DNA of 64,000 bases from an uncultured Treponema sp. (GCA_964538245.1 CAZIFO010000001.1:58039-122038); one strand, 5' to 3'; counted from the first letter of the stretch, positions 20,317 through 31,486 are shown. Notes: generated by a model not told the origin, from the letters alone. Translations and numbers: made by a program.

Positions 20317-20430
20317 TCACAACAAATCAGCAAAATTTCTTGTGCCGTAAAGAACTCTTAAAACAAATGCTGTTTTATCTTGAACCTTATAAAAAATACA
20401 GTAATTTCCTTCTGAAAAATATCTCATCAT
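20317..20430 (-). pseudogene. Truncated RelE/ParE-like toxin (C-terminal 37 aa only)
   Basis: MMRYFSEGNYCIFYKVQDKTAFVLRVLYGTRNFADLL resembles the NYxIFY..VLRVLH/YGxR end of ParE toxins; ATGA overlap with the upstream gene. Confidence 0.6.
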
Positions 20431-20666
20431 TTTATTTTAAAAAGATTTTTCGCTTCTTCTTCAGAAACTGTTCTGCCGCAATTCAAATCGTCAAGTCCTT
20501 CCTGAAGCTTTTTATGCAAATCTTCTTTAGAATTCACTGTGATATTTTCTGGAGCGTAATCTTCTTCATTCAAGGAATCTGCAATCCGGGAAAGCAAGTC
20601 AAGCCGCTGCGAATACGGCAATGAAATCACTTTTTCTGACAGCGCGATATATTCTTCATAAGCCAT
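20427..20666 (-). CDS. Putative type II antitoxin
   Basis: Small acidic protein ending KLQEGLDDLNCGRTVSEEEA, coupled to a ParE-like remnant. Confidence 0.6.
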   Translation of the reverse strand: MAYEEYIALSEKVISLPYSQRLDLLSRIADSLNEEDYAPENITVNSKEDLHKKLQEGLDDLNCGRTVSEEEAKNLFKIK

Positions 20667-20668
20667 TT

Positions 20669-22297
20669 TTATCTCCTCCTGAATTTTCCAGCAATTATTT
20701 TAACGATTTCATCTTTTGTTATCACTAGAAGCGCGATCCCGATGGCGCCGTAAACAACTGACGTAATCACAAGCGGCGCGCCGAAGCCAATGAGCCTTCC
20801 GTGCCCGGCGAAAACCGGATTCACGGCGCGCAGAACAAAATACGCGGGAACTGACGCCACAAGCGACAGAACAACAAGTTTAATCGCGTACAGAATTGTC
20901 TTTCCGGCGACGTTTTTCACATCAAGATTTTGATTTTTCCTCATCAAGATAAAAAGAAGAACCGTGTTCGCTGCGCTTGCGACAGACAGCGCGAGCGCAA
21001 TTCCGCCGCCGCCCATCGGACGCACAAGCGCGAGCGCGAGCGCAATGTTTATAGCGAAGCCCGCGATTCCGGCGAAAGTCGGAGACTTTGTGTCGCCCTG
21101 CGCGTAAAAGGCCGGAGATATGATTCTGTTGAGCGCGATAAAAAACAAGCCCGCAATGTGCCACTTGAACGCGCCCAGCGTAAGAAGAACCGACTCGTCG
21201 CTGAACCTCTTTGATTTATACACAAGCGAGATGATTTCGCGCCCGCACACAAGCGACAAAAAAGTGATTGGAATTGAAATCAGCGCCATGATTTTGCTCG
21301 AAGTCACAAGCATTTTGTTGAATTCCGCCCAGTCCTGCCTTTTTGCAAGTCCGCTCAAGTCTGGCAGAATCACAGTTCCGATGGAGACCGCGAAAATGCC
21401 TAGAATCAGCTCCTGCAAGCGAAGCGAATACTGAAGCGAAGAGACTATACCTTCTCCGGCGCGTCCTGCAAGTGCCGTAGAGACAACATCGTTCAGCTGG
21501 TAGGCCGCCATACCTATGATTGTCGGAATTATAAGCTTCATCACGCGCCTGGTTCCTTTGTTTGAAAAAGCCTTCTTTAGCGACACAAAATGAAAAGTCC
21601 ATCCGGTTCTTATGACAAACGGCAGCTGGAACAAAGCCTGCACACAGCCTCCGGCAATCACGCCGATTGACATTGCCCGCGCCGCCATCTGGCTCCGGGT
21701 CTCCGAGTCTGTGCTTCCGGACAAGTCCACAAGAACTGGCGTTAAAATGTAAGTCGCAAGAATCACAATTGTGTTGAACAGAACCGGAGTAAATCCGCTC
21801 GGAGAAAAAATCTTGACTCCGTTCAGAATTCCCTGGAAAAATGCCGCGAGCGAAATCACAATCAGATACGGAAACATGATTCTTGTCAGAAGTGTTGTCT
21901 CCGAAATCAAGAATCCGTCGCTGCCTTTAAGGAAAATCTTTACGATAAGCGGCGTAAAAATCATTCCGAGCACGACAACGCAAGTCGTAAGAAAAGTAAT
22001 CAGCGTGAGCGTCGCGCTCAAAAATTCCTTTGTGGATTTTACAGAGTCATCATCTTTTCCTTCCAAATATCCTTTGAAAGTCGGAATGAACGCGACAGAA
22101 ATTGAATTCTCTGCGAAAAGACGGCGCAGAAGATTTGGAATCATAAACGCGATTCCAAACGCGTCCGCAAACTTTGAAGTTCCAAGAAAAGCCGCCTTTG
22201 TCATCTCGCGCACAAGGCCCAGCACACGTGAGCAAAGCGTAAAGAACGAGAGCGAAAGCCCCGCCGACAAAAGCGACTTAGATTTTTTTTCAGACAT
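20669..22297 (-). CDS. murJ: Lipid II flippase MurJ (MviN)
   Basis: SRVLGLVRE, ADAF..AFMIPNLLRRLFAE, AFIP, FYAQGDTKSP. Confidence 0.93.
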   Translation of the reverse strand: MSEKKSKSLLSAGLSLSFFTLCSRVLGLVREMTKAAFLGTSKFADAFGIAFMIPNLLRRLFAENSISVAFIPTFKGYLEGKDDDSVKSTKEFLSATLTLITFLTTCVVVLGMIFTPLIVKIFLKGSDGFLISETTLLTRIMFPYLIVISLAAFFQGILNGVKIFSPSGFTPVLFNTIVILATYILTPVLVDLSGSTDSETRSQMAARAMSIGVIAGGCVQALFQLPFVIRTGWTFHFVSLKKAFSNKGTRRVMKLIIPTIIGMAAYQLNDVVSTALAGRAGEGIVSSLQYSLRLQELILGIFAVSIGTVILPDLSGLAKRQDWAEFNKMLVTSSKIMALISIPITFLSLVCGREIISLVYKSKRFSDESVLLTLGAFKWHIAGLFFIALNRIISPAFYAQGDTKSPTFAGIAGFAINIALALALVRPMGGGGIALALSVASAANTVLLFILMRKNQNLDVKNVAGKTILYAIKLVVLSLVASVPAYFVLRAVNPVFAGHGRLIGFGAPLVITSVVYGAIGIALLVITKDEIVKIIAGKFRRR

Positions 22298-22505
22298 AGA
22301 AGAATATAATAGTAAGAAAATTGAGAATCTGCAACTTTTATGATAATTAGTTGTGCAAAACGGCCGTATAAATGTGAAAGTGCAAAATTACAATAGCATG
22401 GCCGGCTCCATGCTCACAATGGCGGCATGGCAGGCTCTGTTTCCGGCCTGAGAACGAGATAAAGCCGGTGGCATTTTGTTTCGTTATAGGACTGACTTTT
22501 AGCTA

Positions 22506-22637
22506 AAATAAACTTAATTCTAAAGTGAAATTAACTTAATTTTAAAATGAAATCAATTTAATTTTAATTTAAAATCAACTTAATTTTAAAATCAAATTAG
22601 CTTAATTTTAAAATAGAATCTAGTTAATTTTAGAGCA
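22506..22637. repeat. Six tandem AT-rich 22-bp repeats
   Basis: Units such as AAATTAACTTAATTTTAAAATG start at 22506, 22528, 22550, 22572, 22594 and 22616. Confidence 0.85.
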
Positions 22638-22760
22638 TAATCCGCCTGGCAATGTTCTGTTTTTCTATGGACTTTGGAGCGTAGTAAGTGGCATTTTGAA
22701 AGCGAGGCGGCATCAATGTCGAAACTGACAAATCGAAAAAGTTACATTATAATGTTAGAC

Positions 22761-24560
22761 ATGGCAAATGACACAATTCCTGAGCGCAAAGATGTTCCGT
22801 CTTCGGACAAGTGGGATCTTTCGACTCTTTATAAATCAGATAGCGACTGGGAAGCTGATTTGGCTTCAATTTCAAATCTTTCAGAGAAAGTTCTTTTATA
22901 TAGAGGAAAACTTGCGGAAAGCGCGGATTCTCTTCTGGGCGCGCTAAAGGCGAACGAGGAGCTTGAGAAGACAATCGAGACTGTCTACACGTACGCTTCC
23001 CTCAAGCACACGGCTGACGAGGGCGACTCTAAGGCCCAGGACATGGAAGGGCGCGCTGTTATGGCTTATTCAAAGGCCGAGAGCGACACTTCTTTCTTTT
23101 CGCCTGAGCTTATGGCGGTTCCTGATGACAAAATCAATTCATGGATTAAGCTTCCTGAGTTCAAGGACTACAAGATTTTTATCCAGAAGGAGCTTTACCT
23201 CAAGAAGCATATCTTAAGCGAGAAAGAGGAGAGAATTCTTTCTCTTCAGGGCGAGGCTTCGGGCACGGCGGAGAACACGTTCAGCCTTTTGACCAACGTT
23301 GACCTTAAATTTAAGCCTGTGCATGTGGACGGAGCGGAAAAGCCTCTTACACAGACGACTTTCTCTTCTTTTATGCACAGCCACGACCGCAAAGTCCGCG
23401 AAGAAGCGTACAAGAAATTCTACGAGGCGTTCACGGAGCACCAGAACACAATCGCAAGCCTGTACGCGGGAAGCGTGAACCAGGATATTTTCATGGCGAG
23501 GGCTCGCGGATTCAAGTCTTCGCTTGAAGCGGCTCTTTACGGCGACAAGATTCCTGAAAGCGTATATAAGAATCTGATTGATACTGTCCACAGGAATCTT
23601 CCGGTTCTTCATAAATACTATTCGCTAAGGAAAAAAGTGCTGGGGCTGCCTGAACTGCGTCATTATGATGTCTATGTGCCTCTTGTAAAGGATGTAAAGA
23701 CAAGCACTTCTTACGGCGAGGCGGTCGAGATCTGCCGCAAGGCTCTGTCTCCGCTCGGAAAGGACTACACCGATATTCTCTGCGGCGGACTTGAGGGCGG
23801 CTGGGCTGACCGCTACGAGAACAAGGGCAAGAGAAGCGGAGCGTTTTCTTCCGGAGCGTACAGGGGCTATCCTTATATCCTGATGAACTACAAGGAAGAC
23901 TCTATCCGCGACCTTTTCACTATGGCGCACGAGGGCGGACACTCAATGCACACGTATTTCTCAAAGAGCAATAATCCGTTCATGTGCTACAACTACACAA
24001 TCTTCGAGGCGGAAGTGGCTTCGACTTTCAACGAGGAGCTTGTCTTTGAGTATCTTCTGAAGAACGCTAAGACAGAGGACATGAAGAAATATCTTCTTTC
24101 AATGCGCGCGGACGATGTTCTTGCCACTTTGCACCGCCAGACGATGTTCGCGGAATTCGAGCTCAAGGCGCACGAGCTTGTCGAGGGCGGCACTCCGCTC
24201 AACGCCCAGGTTCTGCGTAAAATCTACCGGGAGCTTTTGGAGCAGTATTTCGGCCCAGAGATGGTTTTTGAGGAGAACTCCGACATGGAGGGCCTGCGCA
24301 TTCCGCATTTTTACAGCGCGTTCTATGTCTACAAATATTCGACGGGAATTTCCGCCGCGCTTGCGCTGGCTAAGCGTGTAACAAACGGCGGCGAGAAGGA
24401 GCGCGAGGACTACTTCAAATTCCTAAAAAGCGGCGGAAGCCGTTATCCTCTTGAAAGCCTTAAAATCGCTGGCGTCGATATGTCGTCGTCTGAGCCAGTT
24501 CAAGCCGCGCTCGACGTTTTTAAGGATATTGTTGAGCAGCTGGAAAAACTGCTTGGCTAA
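22761..24560 (+). CDS. pepF: Oligoendopeptidase F (M3B)
   Basis: WDLSTLY, GKRSGAFS, HEGGHSMH, AEVAS, PHFY. Confidence 0.93.
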   Translation: MANDTIPERKDVPSSDKWDLSTLYKSDSDWEADLASISNLSEKVLLYRGKLAESADSLLGALKANEELEKTIETVYTYASLKHTADEGDSKAQDMEGRAVMAYSKAESDTSFFSPELMAVPDDKINSWIKLPEFKDYKIFIQKELYLKKHILSEKEERILSLQGEASGTAENTFSLLTNVDLKFKPVHVDGAEKPLTQTTFSSFMHSHDRKVREEAYKKFYEAFTEHQNTIASLYAGSVNQDIFMARARGFKSSLEAALYGDKIPESVYKNLIDTVHRNLPVLHKYYSLRKKVLGLPELRHYDVYVPLVKDVKTSTSYGEAVEICRKALSPLGKDYTDILCGGLEGGWADRYENKGKRSGAFSSGAYRGYPYILMNYKEDSIRDLFTMAHEGGHSMHTYFSKSNNPFMCYNYTIFEAEVASTFNEELVFEYLLKNAKTEDMKKYLLSMRADDVLATLHRQTMFAEFELKAHELVEGGTPLNAQVLRKIYRELLEQYFGPEMVFEENSDMEGLRIPHFYSAFYVYKYSTGISAALALAKRVTNGGEKEREDYFKFLKSGGSRYPLESLKIAGVDMSSSEPVQAALDVFKDIVEQLEKLLG

Positions 24561-24564
24561 GCCG

Positions 24565-24710
24565 CGTCATTGCGAGTTTCGGTTGAAAGAGATTGCTTCG
24601 CTGCGCTCGCAATGACGAAGGGGACTGCTGCTCACAATGACGGGGTGGGGTGTGTCTGCAATGACAAGAGAGTGGCGCTCGCGATGTCGATGGATGCGTT
24701 GCAATGACGA
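24565..24710. repeat. Palindromic repeat plus degenerate tandem (G)CAATGAC units
   Basis: CGTCATTGCGAG...CTCGCAATGACG hairpin followed by CAATGAC-like units every 22-25 bp or so. Confidence 0.7.
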
Positions 24711-24774
24711 TGAAGATTTCGTCGAGAAGTGCCGAAAATATTAGATGATAAAGACTATAAAAATTGGAGAATCT

Positions 24775-25788
24775 ATGGAAAAGTCAGAGTTCGTTTCAGT
24801 TTTGCAGAAAGTGCCGAAAGCCGAGCTTCATATTCATATTGAGGCGGTGATGAGCAAAGAAACAATAAAGAAGCTTTATCTCAAGAAAAACGGCGTGGAA
24901 TTTTCTGATGATGAGATGACGAAGCTTTTCGACTACTCTGATTTGAACGGCTTTATCATCGCTTTTCTAAAAGTCCAGGACTTGTTCACCTCTGTTGATG
25001 ACTTTGACTTGATTTTCGAGGATTTCAAGAATTATCTTCTCCGCAACGGAATTGTCTACACAGAAGCGTTCTTCGCGCCTTCGGCGTTCATAAAGAAAGG
25101 CTTTAAATATGAAGAGATGACAAAGAACTTTGAAAGAAACATAAAGAAAATCAAAAAGGAAACCGGAATTGTCATAAAGCTCCTCGGCGATGTGAGCCGC
25201 ACTTTCGGCCTTGAGAACGCGGAAAGCAATTACAGGATGTTCAAGGATAACCTTTTTGACGGCTTTATCGGAATCGGTCTTGGCGGCGCTGAAAGCAAGG
25301 GCCCTACAAAAGATTTCGGCCCGGTTTTTGCCAGGGCTCATGCCGACGGATTCCACGCTGTGGCCCATGCAGGCGAGGACTGCGGCCCTGAGTCAATCTG
25401 GGATGCAATAAGAATTTGCCACGCTGAAAGAATCGGGCACGGAATAACAGCGAGCCAGGACGAGAGCTTGATGGAATATCTTGCGGAGAAAAAAGTTCCG
25501 CTTGAAGTCTGTCCGACGAGCAACGTTTTTACAAAAAAATACGTAAAATCAATGAAAGAGCATCCGGTCAGAAAATTCTACGACAAGAAAATTCCTGTGA
25601 CAATTGCGACGGACGATCCGCTTTTTTTCGGCGTTGAGCTTTTAGACGAGTACTGGAATCTTTTTTCCGAGCTGGATTTTAAAATGGAAGAACTGAAAAA
25701 AATCATTTTGTCCGGATTTGAGTGTTCGTTCCTTGCGGACAAAGACAAAAAATCATATGAAAATTTGGTAGAAAAAAGCTGGAAATAA
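24775..25788 (+). CDS. add: Adenosine deaminase
   Basis: PKAELHIH, HAGE, RIGHG, EVCPTSN, TDDP. Confidence 0.92.
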   Translation: MEKSEFVSVLQKVPKAELHIHIEAVMSKETIKKLYLKKNGVEFSDDEMTKLFDYSDLNGFIIAFLKVQDLFTSVDDFDLIFEDFKNYLLRNGIVYTEAFFAPSAFIKKGFKYEEMTKNFERNIKKIKKETGIVIKLLGDVSRTFGLENAESNYRMFKDNLFDGFIGIGLGGAESKGPTKDFGPVFARAHADGFHAVAHAGEDCGPESIWDAIRICHAERIGHGITASQDESLMEYLAEKKVPLEVCPTSNVFTKKYVKSMKEHPVRKFYDKKIPVTIATDDPLFFGVELLDEYWNLFSELDFKMEELKKIILSGFECSFLADKDKKSYENLVEKSWK

Positions 25789-25791
25789 AAG

Positions 25792-26709
25792 GTGGCAGAG
25801 CTGTTAAATTTTCAGAAAATCCCGAAAATTGACTCTTTTAATGATTTGCTTTCCGGAATGCGGTATCCTTCTTATACGCGGTGGTCCGGATTTCTAGTTC
25901 CGGAACTTTCAAGAAATGATGTTTGCCTTGACACTAAGATAATTGATGATTTTAAATTTTACACTGATATAAAGATAACTAACAGAAAAGATTTGCAAAG
26001 TCTTTTCTATATGTCGCTTTCTGAGGCTGTCGCTGACAATGTAAAAATTATTTATGCCGGAATTGATTTTTCTCTTTGCGGAAAATGTTCAACTCCTTCT
26101 GAATTTATTTCAGCTATCGAAGAAGTGAAAACTAGAACTTCTGGTTCAATAGAAATGAGACCTGTTCTTGCTATAAATAGTTGCCTTGACAATAATTTTT
26201 TTCTTGCTGAAACATTCATTGAAAATAAAAATTTTTCCGGGCTTATTCTTGGCGGCAAAAAGTTTTTTTTGAAGGATGAAAGCCATCTTTATGAAAAAAT
26301 TTTTTCTTCTGCGCGCCGGTCCGGGATAAAAACAGAAATTAGTTGTCTGGAAATGAAAACGCCTGACGACTTAAATTTCGCATTGACGACTTTTATGCCG
26401 GATTTCGTAAAAGACATTTCTCCTTTGATTTTTGATGAAGAAATTCTTAATTTTATAAAACAGACAAAAATTTGCGTTGAATTTTCGTCTTTTGTTCCTT
26501 CTGCGTTAAAAGATGCGCAGTTAGAAAAATACAAATTCATAAGGCGGCTTTTTGATTCCGGCGTGCAAATTAGTTTATGCACAGGAAGCCTTTTGCTTCT
26601 GAAAAAATCTCTTTCCGAATTTGCCATGGATTTATGTAGCTCAGGGATTTTTTCAGAAGAGGAGATAAAGAATCTGCTTTCTATTTCAAATACACCATCA
26701 GCAGCATGA
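25792..26709 (+). CDS. Degenerate adenosine-deaminase-like protein
   Basis: KIPKID N-terminus and overall layout parallel the upstream add, but the metal ligands are absent. Confidence 0.55.
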   Translation: MAELLNFQKIPKIDSFNDLLSGMRYPSYTRWSGFLVPELSRNDVCLDTKIIDDFKFYTDIKITNRKDLQSLFYMSLSEAVADNVKIIYAGIDFSLCGKCSTPSEFISAIEEVKTRTSGSIEMRPVLAINSCLDNNFFLAETFIENKNFSGLILGGKKFFLKDESHLYEKIFSSARRSGIKTEISCLEMKTPDDLNFALTTFMPDFVKDISPLIFDEEILNFIKQTKICVEFSSFVPSALKDAQLEKYKFIRRLFDSGVQISLCTGSLLLLKKSLSEFAMDLCSSGIFSEEEIKNLLSISNTPSAA

Positions 26710-28744
26710 TGTCCGAATTCCGTATTCCTGATATTCTGCTTGCCTGTCCTAATGTGAGAGGACGCACTTGCTCAAGCTTCGCCCGGCTTTCCGAGCTGAG
26801 CGCCGGAATCTTTGAGTAGTCAAAGTTTGCCGGAATATGGAACTTTTCCATCTTGTGCATTTTCGCGATTCTCGCATCCTGCTTCTGGATGTAGTATTTG
26901 TATTTTGCGTCTTCCTTCGCGATTTCCCACACGAGCGGCGCAAATCCGGGGTTCTCTGCATCTGCGTCTTTTAGAAGAAGCTCCGCCGCCTCGTCAACTT
27001 GGCTGTATTTTAAGTTCACAGCGTCGAGCTGGGCTTTTGTCTTTAAGCCGACTTTGTACGCTTTTTCAGCAAGGCGGCGGTCCGCTGTGTCGTGCCGGAG
27101 CTTTAGGCGGTACTCGGCGCGCGCTGTGAACATTCTGTACGGCTCTTTTGTGCCGAGCGTAACCAAATCGTCAATCAGAACGCCGATATAGGCCTCATCG
27201 CGGCCTAAAATAAGCGGTTCCCATTCAGGAATCTTCCTGAAACTGTCATTTCCCTGTGATTTCTGGAAATCCTCAAGCTCCTTGTTCACAAGATGAGTCT
27301 CGTTGGCGGAGATTTCGGCGAAGTGCTTGATTTCTACCTCTGTAAAATACGGCTTAGGCTGGAAGCAGCCTTTCTCCGCGCTGGCAGGCGACTGGCCGAG
27401 CCCCGCGTGAATCTTGCACAGAGGACCGCAGAGCTCTTTGTGCGCCCGCGCGTACAGTCCGGCGTTGATTCCGGCTATAAGCCCCTGGCCTGCCGCCTCC
27501 TCGTAGCCTGAGGTTCCGTTTATCTGCCCTGCGTCGAAAAGCCCCGCGACGCGCTTTGTCTCAAGGCTTGGAAAAAGCTGTGTCGGCTCCACGTAGTCGT
27601 ATTCTACTGCGTAGCCAGGCCGCGCGACGTGGCAGTTCTCGAATCCTGGAAGCGTGCGCAAAAACTCGTCCTGGACTTCCTCCGGCAAAGATGATGAAAG
27701 TCCGTTCAAGTAAATCTCGTCGGTTTGAAGCGACTCCGGCTCAACAAAAAGCTGGTGCCGCTCGCGCTCGGCGAAGCGCATAACCTTGTCTTCAATCGAA
27801 GGGCAGTAGCGCGGGCCGACTCCGTGTATTTTTCCAGAGTAAAGAGGCGAGCGGTTTATGTTGCTCCTGATTATTTCGTGCGTTCTTGCGTTTGTGTAGA
27901 CGAGGTAGCACGGAACCTGCGGCCGCTCGACTTTCTCGTCGTCGAATGAGAAAGGCACAATCTCCTCGTCGCCAAGCTGCTCTTCAAGATTTGAAAAGTC
28001 CACTGTGTGGCGCAGAATGCGCGGCGGAGTTCCTGTCTTTAGCCTTCCGGTCGTGAATCCGAGCCTGTTAAGCGACTGCGTGAGCCCGAACGCGCCGGCT
28101 TCTCCGATTCTGCCGCAAGGAGCGTCGTATTCGCCGATAAAGATTCTGCCGCCCAGGAAAGTTCCTGTTGTAAGCACGCATGAGCGCACCGGGATAATCC
28201 GTCCGCGCTCCGTGACGACAGCCGTGATTTTCTGCCGTTTTCCGGACTTTGCCGCCTCGCTCAGAAGGTTCTGGTCTTTTACAGTGTGCTCGCCCGGAAT
28301 TCCGCCTGACTGCAAGCTTTCCGACGGCGGAAGCGGAGTTTCTGACGCGGTTGTCAAGATGTCTACGACCGTGTCCATAAGAGTGTAGAGATTTTCTGTT
28401 GTTTCAACTGTGTGGCGCGCAAGCGATGAGTACAAAATCTTGTCAGCCTGGCTTCTTGGCGCCTGGACAGCAGGCCCGCGGCTTTTGTTCAGCATGCGGA
28501 ACTGAATCATCGACTTGTCAATCAGCTTGCCCATTTCGCCGCCGAGGGCGTCAATCTCGCGCACAATGTTTCCTTTCGCGATTCCGCCGATTGAAGGGTT
28601 GCAGCTCATCCTTGAGATTGAGTCGATTGTTTGCGTGATTAAAATTGTCTTTAGGCCCATCCTGGCCGAGGCAAGCGCCGCCTCTATTCCGCCGTGGCCG
28701 CCGCCGACAACGGCCACATCATAAAAATCATAAAATCCTGACAT
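26681..28744 (-). CDS. mnmG: tRNA modification enzyme MnmG (GidA)
   Basis: [55 protein letters not shown]. Confidence 0.97.
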   Translation of the reverse strand: MSGFYDFYDVAVVGGGHGGIEAALASARMGLKTILITQTIDSISRMSCNPSIGGIAKGNIVREIDALGGEMGKLIDKSMIQFRMLNKSRGPAVQAPRSQADKILYSSLARHTVETTENLYTLMDTVVDILTTASETPLPPSESLQSGGIPGEHTVKDQNLLSEAAKSGKRQKITAVVTERGRIIPVRSCVLTTGTFLGGRIFIGEYDAPCGRIGEAGAFGLTQSLNRLGFTTGRLKTGTPPRILRHTVDFSNLEEQLGDEEIVPFSFDDEKVERPQVPCYLVYTNARTHEIIRSNINRSPLYSGKIHGVGPRYCPSIEDKVMRFAERERHQLFVEPESLQTDEIYLNGLSSSLPEEVQDEFLRTLPGFENCHVARPGYAVEYDYVEPTQLFPSLETKRVAGLFDAGQINGTSGYEEAAGQGLIAGINAGLYARAHKELCGPLCKIHAGLGQSPASAEKGCFQPKPYFTEVEIKHFAEISANETHLVNKELEDFQKSQGNDSFRKIPEWEPLILGRDEAYIGVLIDDLVTLGTKEPYRMFTARAEYRLKLRHDTADRRLAEKAYKVGLKTKAQLDAVNLKYSQVDEAAELLLKDADAENPGFAPLVWEIAKEDAKYKYYIQKQDARIAKMHKMEKFHIPANFDYSKIPALSSESRAKLEQVRPLTLGQASRISGIRNSDIMLLMVYLK

Positions 28745-28857
28745 TTGAAGATAAATTATATCGTTTTTATGGACTGTGCACAAATTTGATTTTTTTTGCG
28801 GCTATAAATCTTTATGATTTTAGAAAATTGCATTAAAATCAAAAAAAGAGGTTGTTT

Positions 28858-29982
28858 ATGAAAAAATCTTTTTCTTTTTTATTAAAAATCATCTCGGCAC
28901 TTTCTATTTTCGCACTGTTTTCATGCGCTTCAACAAAAAACCAAGAGGAAGAGCAGACAGCTGAAAATGAAACATTGCCAGCAGAAGAAGACAAAACTGC
29001 GCAATCAGAAAATTCCGTTGACAAATCTTCAGAAAATGCGAAGCTTCCAGAGCTTGTAAAAAAAGATTTGCCTGAAAATATGCGCGTAGGCGCAAAAGGC
29101 GACAAAAAGCCGGTCGTTGAAACTGATCCTGCTCTTGTTTCCGTAATCAATGAAGGAAAAGGAAAATTTATCCAAAGTTTCTTTACAGACGGAGAAAAGC
29201 AGATTACGCTTGAATACAGTCTTTACATTCCTGAGAATATCGATTATGAAAAAAAATATCCGCTTGTGATGTACATTCCGGACGCTTCAGCGGCCAGCAA
29301 GAGCGCAAAGGAAATCGTTGAGCAATATTTCGGCGCGGATATCTGGGTTACAGAGGAAGAACAGAAAAAGCACCAGAGCTTTGTGTTTGTTCCGGCATTT
29401 TCAGTTCTTGCGGTTGATGATAATTATGACACTTCCGACGAAATTGAGGTTGTCGTGACAGTTCTAAAGAATCTTGTTAAAAACTACAACATCGACACAG
29501 AGCGCATTTATGCGACAGGCCAGTCAATGGGATGCATGACGAGCCTTTATCTTAACTCAAAGTATCCGAATCTTTTTGCGGCCTCGCTTTTTGTTTCAGG
29601 ACAATGGTGGACTCCGGCTCTTTCATCGCTTAAAAACGCGAAATTCTTCTATATAACTGCTGACGGAGATGAAAAAGCGAGCAGCGGCCAGAAAGAAGTG
29701 ATGGATTTAATCGGAAGCGGAAATTACACATATGGAACTTGGAGCGCGCAGGAATCAGAAGATGTTCAGGATGCAAACGCCAAAAAGCTGATTTCAGAAG
29801 GCAAGGACGCTAATTTCATCAGATTTGAGAAAGGCACGGTTCTTGCGGAAGGCGACTCAAATTCTGACCACGAGCATAATTCTTCGTTCACTTATGGATA
29901 CAGGATTCCGTCTGTGCGTGACTGGCTTTTCGAGCAGAAAAATTCAAATTCATTTTTGAGCAGCCTGGTTAACGGAAAGTAA
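28858..29982 (+). CDS. Lipoprotein, alpha/beta-hydrolase (esterase/peptidase-like)
   Basis: Lipobox LFSC; KYPLV, RIYATGQSMG nucleophile elbow, WLFEQ. Confidence 0.8.
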   Translation: MKKSFSFLLKIISALSIFALFSCASTKNQEEEQTAENETLPAEEDKTAQSENSVDKSSENAKLPELVKKDLPENMRVGAKGDKKPVVETDPALVSVINEGKGKFIQSFFTDGEKQITLEYSLYIPENIDYEKKYPLVMYIPDASAASKSAKEIVEQYFGADIWVTEEEQKKHQSFVFVPAFSVLAVDDNYDTSDEIEVVVTVLKNLVKNYNIDTERIYATGQSMGCMTSLYLNSKYPNLFAASLFVSGQWWTPALSSLKNAKFFYITADGDEKASSGQKEVMDLIGSGNYTYGTWSAQESEDVQDANAKKLISEGKDANFIRFEKGTVLAEGDSNSDHEHNSSFTYGYRIPSVRDWLFEQKNSNSFLSSLVNGK

Positions 29983-30051
29983 TTTCTCAAAATAATCTAA
30001 AAAAGCACAATTGCTGACTAAATCTCATAATTCTTTTATAATCAAGAGATT

Positions 30052-31470
30052 ATGAATCAAGGAATTATGAGATTTGCGAAATATATTTGTGCGCCGGCCT
30101 TTGCGTTCTTTCTTTTTATTTTTGCAAGCTGTTCCGGCTCGCTTGGATACAGCGTTTTGCTCTGGAGCAATTCTGAGCACGAAATTCAGGACGGGACGAT
30201 TTTAAAAGTTTATATCAAGTCGAACATTTCACAGGTTTATGTTGTTTCACTTCTAAAATCCAAGGAAAAATTTGAGCTTCCGCTTTGGCAGATTACAGAG
30301 CCTTCCTCAAAAGGCAAGGCTGAAAAGCAAAAGGAAAAATATTCCGGTTTTGCCCACACTTACGCGTCTGTAAAGCTTGACGGACTTCCAATCCGCGAAG
30401 AGGCTGTGAATACTTCAAAGCAAGTTTACCGGCTGCGCGAAGGCGAGATTGTCCGCTGTCTTTACCGCGGAGAAGGCGCGGCTGTTACAAATGGAAAAGG
30501 AAACATGAGCGGCGAGTGGCTCCGTGTCTTGACCAGCACAGGAACAGAAGGCTGGTGCTTTTCCCACAATCTGGAGCTTTTTGAGGCGGCAGGAACTGAA
30601 GTCGCGTTTAATCAAAAAAACGAGAGCGAGAATCAAGATGAAAATTTAGTTTCGCTGAATGAAGAGATTGAAAATCTTGCGCTCAAAAAATGGTATCCGG
30701 AAAATTTCGGCGAGATGATAAAAAACAACCGGATAAATCCGGAAAAAATGAATTCTAGCTACGGATTTGATTTTGGAATCAAGACAACGGAAATTGAAAA
30801 ATCTGAGGAAAATGGAAAAATTGTAGACATTGAAATTCCGCTTCCGGCTTCTGAGATTGAGCTTTCTGGAACGGCGACCTTTAAGGATGGCGAGAATTCT
30901 CTTGAATGGAATTTTACTGACATTAAAAAGCGTCCGTCCGGCGAATATGAATTTGTTCCGACTAGCCTTGTCCTGAATGTGCGTGGACAGAATTCTGCCG
31001 TTGCGCAGTACATGGAGAACGGAAAAGTAAAAATCATAAATCTTGTTTCCCTCGATGAAAATATTGATGAGCTTTTGCAAAAAGAAAATGAGCGCAGGCA
31101 GTCAGAACTTGAGTCTATTTTTGCGGCGGGACCGGAGTTTAAAAGCAGCAGCTATGGAACAATAAAATTTGCAGATGCATATTCATTGAAATGGACAGGC
31201 TACAGAATGCTTGTTCCTTCGGTAATTTCATCTTCCGCGAAAGGTGATGTCAAGCTTTCAATTGAATATTTTATTTCAAACAATCTTAAATCTTCTTATG
31301 ACGGCGTTCTTACGATGAGATTCCAGAACATGGAAGAGCCGGTGAATTTTCTGTACAAGCTTACGGACTCCGGCCTGCGTCTTGAAGACGCCACAAAAGC
31401 ATTTTACAGCGGCGACTTGATTACAGCGCGCAGCTCAAGCCCGCTTGTAATGTTCTTCGAGAAAAAATAA
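30052..31470 (+). CDS. SH3b-domain lipoprotein
   Basis: Lipobox FASC; LPIREE..W..V..GTEGW. Confidence 0.7.
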   Translation: MNQGIMRFAKYICAPAFAFFLFIFASCSGSLGYSVLLWSNSEHEIQDGTILKVYIKSNISQVYVVSLLKSKEKFELPLWQITEPSSKGKAEKQKEKYSGFAHTYASVKLDGLPIREEAVNTSKQVYRLREGEIVRCLYRGEGAAVTNGKGNMSGEWLRVLTSTGTEGWCFSHNLELFEAAGTEVAFNQKNESENQDENLVSLNEEIENLALKKWYPENFGEMIKNNRINPEKMNSSYGFDFGIKTTEIEKSEENGKIVDIEIPLPASEIELSGTATFKDGENSLEWNFTDIKKRPSGEYEFVPTSLVLNVRGQNSAVAQYMENGKVKIINLVSLDENIDELLQKENERRQSELESIFAAGPEFKSSSYGTIKFADAYSLKWTGYRMLVPSVISSSAKGDVKLSIEYFISNNLKSSYDGVLTMRFQNMEEPVNFLYKLTDSGLRLEDATKAFYSGDLITARSSSPLVMFFEKK

Positions 31471-31486
31471 CTATTTAGAGAAAAAT

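Noticed and set aside
27200..28360. Two long insertions in MnmG as inteins or mobile repeats
   Set aside because: No intein terminal motifs or palindromic DNA; more likely lineage-specific loops.
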